Part shown: positions 18,933-27,964 of the stretch, piece by piece
How positions within the stretch are numbered: the stretch's first letter is position 1
Layout of the letters: each line of letters starts with the position of its first letter
Source: Candidatus Multivoradales bacterium
Lineage (GTDB): Bacteria > Acidobacteriota > Thermoanaerobaculia > Multivoradales > J023
Assembly: GCA_965248925.1 (NCBI GenBank)
Contig: CBDFLE010000006.1
Coordinates: 4,480,001-4,544,000, forward strand
Direction: 5' to 3'
Length of the DNA stretch: 64,000 nucleotides
Made by a program: the position numbers and the translations under genes
Notes under the pieces: model-generated
The model's input: the letters and a program-made list of their open reading frames with translations, nothing else
What the model was told of the DNA's origin: nothing
Databases searched by the model: none

Positions 18933-19772
18933 GTGACCACCGGGCTCGAAGCATTCTTCACCCCGCTCGCCGCCGAGCTGGGAGTGCGCCACGGTCTTGA
19001 GGGCACCTTGCGCTTGCTAACCCTGGCGATGGCCCGCTGGGCACCGATCATTACCTTGGCGCCGTTCATGGGTGGCCGCTTGATCCCGGCGCCGGTGCGG
19101 ATGGGTTTGCTGGTGCTGTTCTCGCTGCTGGTGTTGCCGGCGATCAGCCAGACGGCGCCGCGGCCCTTGTTGATTGGCCCCGTCGAGTGGTGGGCGCTGG
19201 TGCTGAAGGAGACCTTCATCGGTCTGGTGATCGGATTCGCTGCCTCCCTGGTGTTTTGGGGTGGTGAAATGGGCGGCCGTTTGATCGACACGGTGCGTGG
19301 CACCACCACCGCCAACTTATTGATCCCCCAAGCCAAAGTGCAGAGCACGATTCTCGGCGATGTCTACTTCCAGCTTTTCATCGTGCTCTATCTAGTGTCC
19401 GGCGCTCACCTCTTCTTTTTCGCCGCGGTGGCCGATTCCTACCGTCTACTGCCACCCACCGAGTTGACTTTGAATCTCGGTGGTGGGGCCGAACTCTGGC
19501 TACTGGCGGTGGGAAACCTTTTTGTCATCGCGGTCAAGATCATTGCTCCGGCGCTGGTGGTGGTGATGTTTCTCGACATAATGTTGGGGGTGGCCAACCG
19601 CATGGCGCCGCAGCTCAACGTTCACTTCTTGGGCATGTCGTTGAAGGCATCATTGGCGTCTTTGGCGTTGTCTTTGTCGTTGTACTACGTGCTGTCAATG
19701 GCCGGTGACCTCTTCGCTGACCAGCAGCGCTGGATCGAGCTGCTATTTCGCCAGTTGTCTAGACCTGGCTGA
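18933..19772 (+). CDS. sctT: Export gate SctT (FliR family)
   Basis: KETFIG..IG; G.LID..RG; NRMAPQLNV. Confidence 0.93.
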   Translation: MTTGLEAFFTPLAAELGVRHGLEGTLRLLTLAMARWAPIITLAPFMGGRLIPAPVRMGLLVLFSLLVLPAISQTAPRPLLIGPVEWWALVLKETFIGLVIGFAASLVFWGGEMGGRLIDTVRGTTTANLLIPQAKVQSTILGDVYFQLFIVLYLVSGAHLFFFAAVADSYRLLPPTELTLNLGGGAELWLLAVGNLFVIAVKIIAPALVVVMFLDIMLGVANRMAPQLNVHFLGMSLKASLASLALSLSLYYVLSMAGDLFADQQRWIELLFRQLSRPG

Positions 19773-19786
19773 GTAGGAAGCAGACG

Positions 19787-20905
19787 ATGTCTGAAAAGAC
19801 CGAACAACCCACCCCCAAGAAACTGCGCGATGCCCGGCGCAAGGGCAACATCGCCTTCAGCCGTGATTTCAATGGCATCGTTACTTACATCGTGGGTCTG
19901 GCGTTGGTCTTCGTCGCCGCTGGGGGCATCGCGCGGGGCTTTCGCGACTTCTATGTCGAGGTCATCGAAGTGATCGCTATCGGCAACTTCGAGGACGGAG
20001 CCTGGGCCGAGATGACTGGCCGTGCTTTGTCGACGGTCTTTGCCATGTCGGCGCCCTTCATGCTGGCGGTGGCCCTGGTTGGTGGGGTGGTGGGTTTTCT
20101 CCAGGCCGGGCCACTGTTTTCTACCGAGCCCTTGGTGCCGAAGCCGGAGAAGCTCAATCCGCTGAATAAGCTCAAGCAGTGGTTCGCGCCCAAGGGTCTG
20201 TTCGAGTTGGCCAAGTCTGCGCTCAAGCTGGGTTTGATTTTCTGGATCGGCTGGCTAGTGCTGCGCGGCAGCTCGGGGCAGCTGCTACAGCTCGGTCTGC
20301 TCGGCGAGCGCGAGTTGCTGATCTTTCTGGCCTCACACGTCAAGCTCTTCCTGGCCATCATCGGCTTCGCCTTTCTGATCTTGGGGGTGGTCGACGTCCT
20401 TTTCCAGCGTTGGCAGTGGCGGCGCGGTCTGCGGATGTCGAAAGACGACATCAAGCGCGAGTGGAAGAGTGCGGAAGGCGACCCCTTGATCAAGTCGCAG
20501 CGCAAGGCCCTGCATCGCAGCATGGCGGCGGATGGCGGTGCCGCTGGCGCGACCAAGAAGGCGGCGGCGGTGGTGGTTAATCCCACCCACCTGGCGATCG
20601 CTCTGGAGTTCGACGAAGGCGCCGGGCAAGCTCCGGTGGTGGCGGCCAAGGGCCAGGGCAAGTTGGCCAAGCAGATCTTGCGGGTGGCGCGCCGGCATCA
20701 AATTCCGATTATTCGCAACAAGCCGCTGGCCTGGCAGCTGCTGGAGATCGACGTCGAAGAGGAGATTGACCCCGATCTCTATGAAGCAGTGGCGGAAGTG
20801 ATTTTGCTTGCCCGCAAGCTGCAAGCGCGGGCCGCCGGCGAGGTCGCTGACGAACCGGAGGATGATCCAGATGAGCCTTCCCATGGCTCGGAATCGGTGC
20901 CTTGA
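19787..20905 (+). CDS. sctU: Export switch SctU (FlhB family)
   Basis: MSEKTEQPTPKKLRDARRKG; EGDP; NPTH autocleavage motif. Confidence 0.96.
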   Translation: MSEKTEQPTPKKLRDARRKGNIAFSRDFNGIVTYIVGLALVFVAAGGIARGFRDFYVEVIEVIAIGNFEDGAWAEMTGRALSTVFAMSAPFMLAVALVGGVVGFLQAGPLFSTEPLVPKPEKLNPLNKLKQWFAPKGLFELAKSALKLGLIFWIGWLVLRGSSGQLLQLGLLGERELLIFLASHVKLFLAIIGFAFLILGVVDVLFQRWQWRRGLRMSKDDIKREWKSAEGDPLIKSQRKALHRSMAADGGAAGATKKAAAVVVNPTHLAIALEFDEGAGQAPVVAAKGQGKLAKQILRVARRHQIPIIRNKPLAWQLLEIDVEEEIDPDLYEAVAEVILLARKLQARAAGEVADEPEDDPDEPSHGSESVP

Positions 20906-20998
20906 GTAGACCCTTATGGCCCGCTAGCTTGGCGATGAGACACGGTCGATGGATCTGCCGGTAGATTTGCCGGTAGACCTTAGAGTTACAGCGAAAGG

Positions 20999-23197
20999 AT
21001 GACACCCGTGAAGACCCCCACCGTACCCGCCACTGATCTGAGAGCGCTCCACGCCAAGCTTACCGCCGGCGATCTGGCGACGGTTCTGACCCGCTACAGC
21101 GACATTATGTTGGCAGTGGTGGTGATCTTGTTGGTCGGCATCATGATCATCCCGATGCCGGCCTTTCTGCTCGATTTCTTCCTGGCCACCAACATCACCA
21201 TGGCGGTGACCTTGTTGATGATCTCGCTTTATCTGCCGAATGCGCTGTCGCTGGCGTCTTTTCCGTCGATTTTGCTGATCACCACTCTCTTTCGCTTGTC
21301 CCTCAATGTCTCTTCGACCCGGCTGATCTTGCTCAAGGGAGATGCCGGGTCGGTGATCGAATCGTTCGGCCAGTTCGTGGTGGCGGGTGACTTCATCGTT
21401 GGTTTTGTGATCTTCCTGATCATTACCCTGGTTCAGTTCCTGGTCATCGCCAAGGGGGCCGAGCGGGTCTCGGAGGTCGGCGCCCGCTTCACTCTCGATG
21501 CCTTGCCGGGTAAACAGATGTCAATCGACGCCGATCTGCGCTCGGGGCTGATCGATGTCACCGATGCCCGGCTTCAACGTCAAAACGTGCAACGAGAAGC
21601 ACAGTTTTACGGCGCCATGGATGGGGCGATGAAGTTCGTCAAGGGCGATGCTATTGCCGGCATCATTATTTCGGTGATTAACATCGCTGCCGGCCTCGCC
21701 ATCGGCGTGGCGGTCAAGGGGATGGCGGTTGGGGCGGCGGCCGAGAAGTACACCCTACTGACCATCGGCGATGGCCTGGTGTCGCAGATTCCGTCGCTGA
21801 TCATCTCGATGGCGGCGGGCATCATCACCACCCGAGTGGCCTCGGCCGACCCCAACGACCCTGACGCCGAGAGTTCCCTCGGCGCCGAGATCGGCACCCA
21901 AATCCTGTCGCAGCCCAAAGCGATCGCTATCGCGGCGGTGATGCTAATGCTGCTCGGCGCCATTCCCGGGTTGCCGATGGTGCCGTTTTTCGCCCTCGCT
22001 GGCGTCACTGGCACCTTGGCTTACAGCTTGATCAAGACCCGCCGGCAGAAAGAACTCGAGGCAGTGCGAGCGGAGTTCGTCGAGCCAGCGATGGAACTCG
22101 CCGGCAACGAGAAATCTCGCCTGCCGATGACCGTGCCGGTGCTGCTCGAAGCCAGCCCCGAGGTCACCCCCTTGGTCGATGCGGAGGGCGGCGGCTCGCG
22201 TTTCACCGACGAGCTGGTGCCGCAGATGCGCGAGTGGTTGTTTGGCGAACTCGGGGTCTTGTTCCCGGGCGTTCGGGTACGGGGCGATTCGGCTCACCTG
22301 GAGAGCCACAGCTATACCTTGTTCGTCAACGAAGTGCCGGTGGCGCGCGGTGTGGCGATGGCTGACCGGGTGTTCGTTGGCGATAATCTGGAGCAGATCC
22401 TGATGCTCGGCATCGAGGGGGTGCGCGGGCCCCACCACAGCGCCGACCGGGATGGCCTGTGGCTCAGCCCGGAGGAGGCGCGCCAAGTCGAGCAGGCGCA
22501 GGGGGGTGGCGCTTTCATGCAGCCCGAGGAGTTTATCGTCGTCCATCTGTCGAATGTCTTGCGGCGCAAGGTCGACGAGTTGATCGGCATCCAGGACGTG
22601 CAGAACATCCTCGACCTGATGGAGCAGCAGGGTTTCGAAGCCCTGGTCCAGGCGGTGGTACCGCGGTTGATCTCGGTACCCCAGCTGACCGAGATCATGA
22701 AACTGCTGCTCGCCGAGGAGATCTCGGTCAAGAATATGGTGGCGATTCTCGAAGCCTTGGCGCGCACTGGCGCCTCGGAATCAGACCCCATGGTGTTGGC
22801 CGAACACGTGCGGGTGGGCCTGAAGCGCTACATCGGCTTCAAATTCTCCCGCGGCCGCTCGGTGGTGCCGGTCTATCTGATCGATCCGCAGATCGAGCAG
22901 CAGGTCCAGGCGGCGCTGCGCAAGACTGCCAACGGTACCTCGCTCCAGCTGGCGCCCGAGGCCAGTCGGCAGATTGTCAGTGCATTCCGCGATATCCTCG
23001 GCGCGGCCGAGGCCGAAGGCCCGCCGATCGTGCTCACCCAGATGAATGTGCGACCGCATGTCAAGCAGCTGCTGGCGCGCGCCCACCCCGAAGCGGCGGT
23101 GCTGTCGTTCCAGGAGCTGCCCAGTGATTTGCAGCTGCAGCCGGTGGGCAGGATCACCTTGGATCAGCCGCAACTCGCCGCCAGTCCGGCCGAGTGA
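20999..23197 (+). CDS. sctV: Export gate SctV (LcrD/FlhA family)
   Basis: ERVSEVGARFTLDALPGKQMSIDADL; GAMDGAMKFVKGDAIAG. Confidence 0.97.
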   Translation: MTPVKTPTVPATDLRALHAKLTAGDLATVLTRYSDIMLAVVVILLVGIMIIPMPAFLLDFFLATNITMAVTLLMISLYLPNALSLASFPSILLITTLFRLSLNVSSTRLILLKGDAGSVIESFGQFVVAGDFIVGFVIFLIITLVQFLVIAKGAERVSEVGARFTLDALPGKQMSIDADLRSGLIDVTDARLQRQNVQREAQFYGAMDGAMKFVKGDAIAGIIISVINIAAGLAIGVAVKGMAVGAAAEKYTLLTIGDGLVSQIPSLIISMAAGIITTRVASADPNDPDAESSLGAEIGTQILSQPKAIAIAAVMLMLLGAIPGLPMVPFFALAGVTGTLAYSLIKTRRQKELEAVRAEFVEPAMELAGNEKSRLPMTVPVLLEASPEVTPLVDAEGGGSRFTDELVPQMREWLFGELGVLFPGVRVRGDSAHLESHSYTLFVNEVPVARGVAMADRVFVGDNLEQILMLGIEGVRGPHHSADRDGLWLSPEEARQVEQAQGGGAFMQPEEFIVVHLSNVLRRKVDELIGIQDVQNILDLMEQQGFEALVQAVVPRLISVPQLTEIMKLLLAEEISVKNMVAILEALARTGASESDPMVLAEHVRVGLKRYIGFKFSRGRSVVPVYLIDPQIEQQVQAALRKTANGTSLQLAPEASRQIVSAFRDILGAAEAEGPPIVLTQMNVRPHVKQLLARAHPEAAVLSFQELPSDLQLQPVGRITLDQPQLAASPAE

Positions 23198-23225
23198 GCG
23201 GTGACCGGCAAGGAGAGAGCGCGAG

Positions 23226-23795
23226 ATGTCATTTCAGGTGTTGGTGCAGAATCCGGCGGGCGAGGTGCTGCGCTGGGAGCTGGATAAGAGTTCGGTCTAC
23301 CTCGGCCGTCTCGAGGGCAATGACATTCGTCTCACCCATTCGTTTGTCTCGGGCCTGCACTTGTTGATCGAGCGTCGCGGTAGCGGCTTTGTGGTCAAGG
23401 ACTTGGGTTCTACCGAGGGAACCCTGTTGCGGGGCAAGGTGATCGAGCCGCACGTCGAACAGTCCTGGCGCTTCGGCGAGTCGTTGCAGATCGGTAATCT
23501 GGTGTTGCAGGTAGAGCCGGGAGAGGACGAGACCCTGGTCGAAGTGCTGCCCGAGTCCCTGACGGTCGGTGTCCGCGGGGAGCTACCGGCGGTTTCCGCA
23601 GCGAGCGCCCTGGGATCCGGCGCGGACGTCATCGACGCAGTTCCCAACGCCGCTGATGGCAACATCTTCGACACCGCGGCCAGCCCGCCGCGTGCGCCTG
23701 CGCGGCCGTTGCCTTGGGGGCTGATACTGCAATTCCTGGCCGCTTTCGTGGTCCTCGCCGGCGTCATGTTAGCGGTCGTCACTTTGTTGCTTTAG
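23226..23795 (+). CDS. FHA-domain protein with C-terminal TM helix
   Basis: LGR...SGLH...KDLGSTEGT; hydrophobic tail. Confidence 0.85.
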   Translation: MSFQVLVQNPAGEVLRWELDKSSVYLGRLEGNDIRLTHSFVSGLHLLIERRGSGFVVKDLGSTEGTLLRGKVIEPHVEQSWRFGESLQIGNLVLQVEPGEDETLVEVLPESLTVGVRGELPAVSAASALGSGADVIDAVPNAADGNIFDTAASPPRAPARPLPWGLILQFLAAFVVLAGVMLAVVTLLL

Positions 23796-23804
23796 GAGTT
23801 CTTC

Positions 23805-25562
23805 ATGGCGCCTGCAAAAATGCATGGAATTCTTCGTCTCGAGCAAGGCGAGGAGATTTTGGCTGAACTCGAGCTGACCCCGGGCCGGCCGGTGATTCTG
23901 GGTCGCTCCGAGCAGGCCGAGGTGCGGGTGCAGCACGCAACGGTGTCGCGTCGCCACGCCCGCCTGTGGATCGATGCTGAGGGTGCCCAACTAGAGGATC
24001 TGGGCTCATCCAACGGCACTTTGCTCGACGGCCAGAAAATAGAGGGCCAGGTGACCCTGGCCGATGGCCAGCGAATTCAGCTCGGCCAGCGAACAGTCGC
24101 CGAGCCGGTGAAAATTCGCTTTGAGGATCCGGCCGCCGGTGTGCTGCGGGAGATGGGGTTGTGGGACGATTCGCCAGCAGCCAGAACTAGAGCCGGGTCG
24201 TCGGCGGATGAAGAGGCGCCGGCTGAGAGCGGGCGAGAAGGGGCTGCGGCAACCGCTCCGGCAGGCACCAATTTGCCGGCCACCGATTCGTCGGCGGCAG
24301 CCTCCCCCTCCGCCGGCGAACGTCGGGTCGGCGAAGAGCTGCGAGATCCTCGGGTATTGTTGATCCTGGCCTTCGCTTTGGTGTTGGTGGCTGGCGCCAG
24401 CATTGGCTTGCTACGCTTCCTGCGTCCCGCGGCGACTTATTGGCGCTCAGTGCAGATCATGCCGGCGGAAATCGGTCCCGATGTCGCGGTGCGGCTGTCT
24501 AGTTTCGATATTGGCCGGGCTAGTGGACTGGAACTGTTGCTCGGTGACACGCCGGTAGAAGACTTGCAAGTCGAACGCGGCCGGCTGAGCTTTCGCGCTC
24601 CCCAGCTCGACACCCTGGGCGGCGGCAAACTCGGCTTACCGCTGGTGGCTCGGCGCGGTGGGGTGGAGGTCTATCAGCGGGTATTGACCTACAACGTGGT
24701 GCCGCGACTCGACCCTCTGCCGATCGAGCAGCTGCCGGTTGGCGAAGTCCTGACCTTGAGCGGTCGCGGGTTGCACGAAGATGCCAGCAAGATCGCGGTC
24801 TACTTTGGCGAGCAAGCTGGCTGGGTGCTAGAGAGCGATTCCCGGACCGTTCGCGTCCGAGTGCCGCCGGTGTTAGCTCAAGACTCGCCGCCGCGCTTGG
24901 CCTTGCGGGTCGAAGTGGATGGCTTGCGCGCCGCCGCTCCGCTGCCGGACTTCGCTATCTTGCCGTGGATTGGCGAGCCACTTCGACTGGAGCTGAGTGC
25001 CTCCTTTCGCGACCCGGTTGATGACACGGCTGGCGCTTGGCAGCTGCACCACGCCTTAGGTCCGGCTTATGTCCTGGACGGCCCGGCGCCGGCCGCGGAC
25101 GGTTCTTTGCCGGCAGCCGTGGCGCAGGTGATCGAGCGTTGGAATCAACTGTTCGAAGTCGTTGAGCGCGATCCGAGGGTCCGTCTCGTCGGCCGGACGG
25201 CGGCGGAGTCGTGTGAGCTGGTGGCGGTTGGTGGGGCGGTGGGTGGAGCAGGCTTGAGTGTTGCCCGGTTCGCCCGTGGAGAGTTGGCGCTGGCCCTCGG
25301 CTTGCGGCCTGACGACCTCTCTAACCGCAATCTCTGCGCCCGTACCGCCAGTGTGTGGGATCACCTGCTCAATGCCTTTGCCAGGGGTCAGGAAGTGCGG
25401 GGCCTGGCCAGTCCGCCGCCCTATGTCAGGGTACTTGATCGACTGGTTGCGGCCAGCCGTTGGCGGGGTGGTAATGGGCGTCCGGCGGCCAGCGATCTAG
25501 TGGTGCTGGACGCCACCGATCGCGAGCGTTTGGCTCAGGCCTTTGCTAACCCTGGAGGCTGA
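23805..25562 (+). CDS. FHA - TM - IPT/TIG-like protein
   Basis: Canonical FHA (LGRS, VSRRH, DLGSSNGT); TM helix; GEVLTLSGRGL......VYFG...VRVRVP is IPT-like. Confidence 0.75.
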   Translation: MAPAKMHGILRLEQGEEILAELELTPGRPVILGRSEQAEVRVQHATVSRRHARLWIDAEGAQLEDLGSSNGTLLDGQKIEGQVTLADGQRIQLGQRTVAEPVKIRFEDPAAGVLREMGLWDDSPAARTRAGSSADEEAPAESGREGAAATAPAGTNLPATDSSAAASPSAGERRVGEELRDPRVLLILAFALVLVAGASIGLLRFLRPAATYWRSVQIMPAEIGPDVAVRLSSFDIGRASGLELLLGDTPVEDLQVERGRLSFRAPQLDTLGGGKLGLPLVARRGGVEVYQRVLTYNVVPRLDPLPIEQLPVGEVLTLSGRGLHEDASKIAVYFGEQAGWVLESDSRTVRVRVPPVLAQDSPPRLALRVEVDGLRAAAPLPDFAILPWIGEPLRLELSASFRDPVDDTAGAWQLHHALGPAYVLDGPAPAADGSLPAAVAQVIERWNQLFEVVERDPRVRLVGRTAAESCELVAVGGAVGGAGLSVARFARGELALALGLRPDDLSNRNLCARTASVWDHLLNAFARGQEVRGLASPPPYVRVLDRLVAASRWRGGNGRPAASDLVVLDATDRERLAQAFANPGG

Positions 25563-25641
25563 GCACCCTTAGCGGCAGTAAGGGCTGGAGATCAGAACCT
25601 CGACTGCTGCTCTGCGTACCAACAAGTAGAAGGAGACATCA

Positions 25642-26112
25642 ATGCTTGACCTCGAAGAACCCTTCCCCAGTTTTACCCTCGCGGCTGAAGATGGCTCGAT
25701 GGTGAGTTCCCGTGACTTGCGCGGCGCTCCCCATCTGGTTTTCTTTGTTCCCAAGGCGGGCTCGCGAGCCTCGCGCCGGCAGCTAGTTGGTTTTCGCGAT
25801 GCTTGGGCCGAGATCCAGAACGCCGGCCTGACTGTCTATGCGGTGACCTATGATTCGCCGGCCGAGAATCGGCAGCTGATCCGCGCCGAACGCTTACCCT
25901 TCTCGTTGCTCGCCGACCGGGGCAAGATCCTCGCCGAGGACGCCGAGGCCCGCGCCGGTTTCCTCAACTTCCCCCTACGCATATCTTTCTTGATGGCGGC
26001 GGATGGCACCCTGAAGAAGATCTACCTGGTGTCTAAGCCGAGCAGTCACGCTTTCGACGTGCTGGCGGATCTGGCCGCTCTTGATCTACGGCGGGCGCGC
26101 TTGGCGAGCTAG
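25642..26112 (+). CDS. Bcp/PrxQ-like peroxiredoxin homologue lacking cysteines
   Basis: FFVPKAGSRAS replaces the usual FYPKxxTPGC; FRD, DS, LPF.LLAD motifs are retained. Confidence 0.8.
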   Translation: MLDLEEPFPSFTLAAEDGSMVSSRDLRGAPHLVFFVPKAGSRASRRQLVGFRDAWAEIQNAGLTVYAVTYDSPAENRQLIRAERLPFSLLADRGKILAEDAEARAGFLNFPLRISFLMAADGTLKKIYLVSKPSSHAFDVLADLAALDLRRARLAS

Positions 26113-26607
26113 ACCGTTGCCCTGGGCAGGGTTATCCGCCACCGGCAAGCGGCGGAAAACGCTGCTGCCGGTAAGCACTGATTCCCACAGATCGTCGGCT
26201 TCCTGGTTGTCGGGCAGGTCTCGGCTGAGGTGCCACTGGCTGTGGATCTGCCCTTCACCGGAGATCGGGTCGATCGTGTGCTGACCTACCCAGCAGCTGA
26301 CCGACGAGGCCGCGGGGCCCGATTTCTCGGGATCCCCCCAATCGACGCAGAAGGCCACCAAATCGCCGTTCTGGAAGCCGCGTAGGGGATAGGCGTGGGC
26401 GTGGCTTGCCCGGCCGACGGCGGTGCGGTAGCTGCCGTGCAGCAATCGACCGCTGACCGTGAATTCTAGGGTCGAGCCGCGGTCGTTCCGCCATTGACCG
26501 CGCAGGTCGGGGGTTGCGGTGGGGGTTTCAGGGACTTGACCAAGGACCACCTGACTCAGCACGCAGCCGAGCCAAGCGGATCTCAATAGTTGTCGGCAGA
26601 GGCGCAT
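26086..26607 (-). CDS. Avidin/streptavidin-family protein
   Basis: G.W.N..GS, G.Y.TAVG, YPL.G, F.V.W, W.GQ, W.L, W.S..TG...F.R. Confidence 0.88.
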   Translation of the reverse strand: MRLCRQLLRSAWLGCVLSQVVLGQVPETPTATPDLRGQWRNDRGSTLEFTVSGRLLHGSYRTAVGRASHAHAYPLRGFQNGDLVAFCVDWGDPEKSGPAASSVSCWVGQHTIDPISGEGQIHSQWHLSRDLPDNQEADDLWESVLTGSSVFRRLPVADNPAQGNGLARQARPP

Positions 26608-26635
26608 CGACGTGGATCTGATGGTGGGTTGCAGC

Positions 26636-27277
26636 CTACTTGGCGAGCGACTTCGCCGCCGCCAACACGACCTCGGCGCTGAGCCGCTGGCGGTAGTCGG
26701 GATTGACGTATTGGAAGTTGATCACTCCATCGGTGCCGACCAGGAAGACCGCTGGCACGGGCAGTTCCCAATGCCCCTTGCCGGTGCGTTCAACCAGGTC
26801 GATGCCATAGCCGCGGTAGACCTTCTTGGTCTTCTCGCCGAGTTTGAAAGCGATGCCGAAGGCGCGCGCTGCTTGCATTTCACTGTCGGCTAGCAGGCGG
26901 AACCGCCATTCGTTCTTGCCCGCGCCCTCTTGCAAGTTTTCAGGTTTGTCGGGAGTGATGGCGAGGATTTGAAAGCCTGTCTTCGCCAGCTCTTCTTCAA
27001 TCGTGCGCAGCTGACCCAGCTGCGTAACGCAGTACGGTCACCAGCCGCCACGGTAGAAGATCAGCACCGTAGGTTGCAGGGCGACCAGCTCGCGCAGCTC
27101 GACGGCTTTGCCATCGGCGTCATGCAGGGTCACCGCCGGCACTTGACTGCCGTTCAGCAGGGGCCGAATCTCTTCGGCGGATGGGGCCGCGGTCGGCGAT
27201 TCAGCCACTGCGGGGGCCGCGATGGCCAGCAGAAGAGCCAGGGTTGCCGCCGCGATCGGCGAGTTGATTCTCGACAT
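26636..27277 (-). CDS. Secreted AhpC/TSA peroxiredoxin-like selenoprotein (UxxC), 213 aa
   Basis: In-frame TGA at 27040-27038 gives FYRGGW-U-PYC. The frame continues to LPVPAVF...NPDYRQR and a SECIS-like hairpin follows. Confidence 0.85.
27006..27024 (-). promoter_or_regulatory. Bacterial SECIS-like hairpin
   Basis: CGCAGCUG-GGU-CAGCUGCG, starting 13 nt after the UGA, with the G-initiated loop 21 nt from the UGA. Confidence 0.65.
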
Positions 27278-27326
27278 TGGATCCTCCGGAGTCGGTTGAA
27301 CAGGAGGGCCATTGTAGGACGCTTTG

Positions 27327-27743
27327 CTAGTTCTTGTCTTTGGCTTCGCGGATCAGTCGGCGGCGAATCCGGCGCAGGCGCGAGGTGTCGCCGCGAAAGC
27401 GCGAGATGCGCGCCTCCAAGATGGCCAGCAACCGCGGGTAGTCGATACCCAACAGACGCTCCGGGTCGAGCAGATCGGCGGCGTGCTTCCAGGTGCGGCC
27501 ATCGGCGGACATCAGCCGGTCGACCTCGCGATTGAGCTGCAGCGAAGCGAAGGCCCAATGCTGACTGCCGATGCGAATCCGGGCGTCGTTGGCGAATTCT
27601 TGCAATTGTGCCAGCAAAGGCCCGGTCAGCGGATCGCGGCCGATCAGGTACCAGGTCAGCCGCGAGACCTCGGTGCCGAGCTCTTCGGCTGCTAATAGCA
27701 GGTTGGCGATGTCTTCTAGGGTTGGTTTTAGAACTGCGGACAT
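27327..27743 (-). CDS. Hypothetical protein
   Basis: 138-aa ORF divergent from the HTH-TPR gene; no family recognised. Confidence 0.55.
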   Translation of the reverse strand: MSAVLKPTLEDIANLLLAAEELGTEVSRLTWYLIGRDPLTGPLLAQLQEFANDARIRIGSQHWAFASLQLNREVDRLMSADGRTWKHAADLLDPERLLGIDYPRLLAILEARISRFRGDTSRLRRIRRRLIREAKDKN

Positions 27744-27964
27744 ACTTTCTCGCTAGGCTGTCCGGCGCGTCGGCCGGTCTACATCAGGACGGTACGAAGA
27801 CCTCATCGATCGAGGGTTCAGCATCTGGGCGCTATGGCAAGAGAATACGGGTATTATCGGGTTTGACCAAAGTCGGGGCGTCAATCAGTAGGCATAGCGA
27901 CGAAAACTCCCAAGATTGGTGCGGTTTGAAGGATCTGTCTGCGCTCCGGTACACTGCCGTTACT

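Noticed and set aside
11026-23197. Flagellar gene cluster interpretation
   Set aside because: SctJ-type lipoprotein, inner-rod and needle-like genes are present, and no FliF, FliG, Flg or Mot genes.
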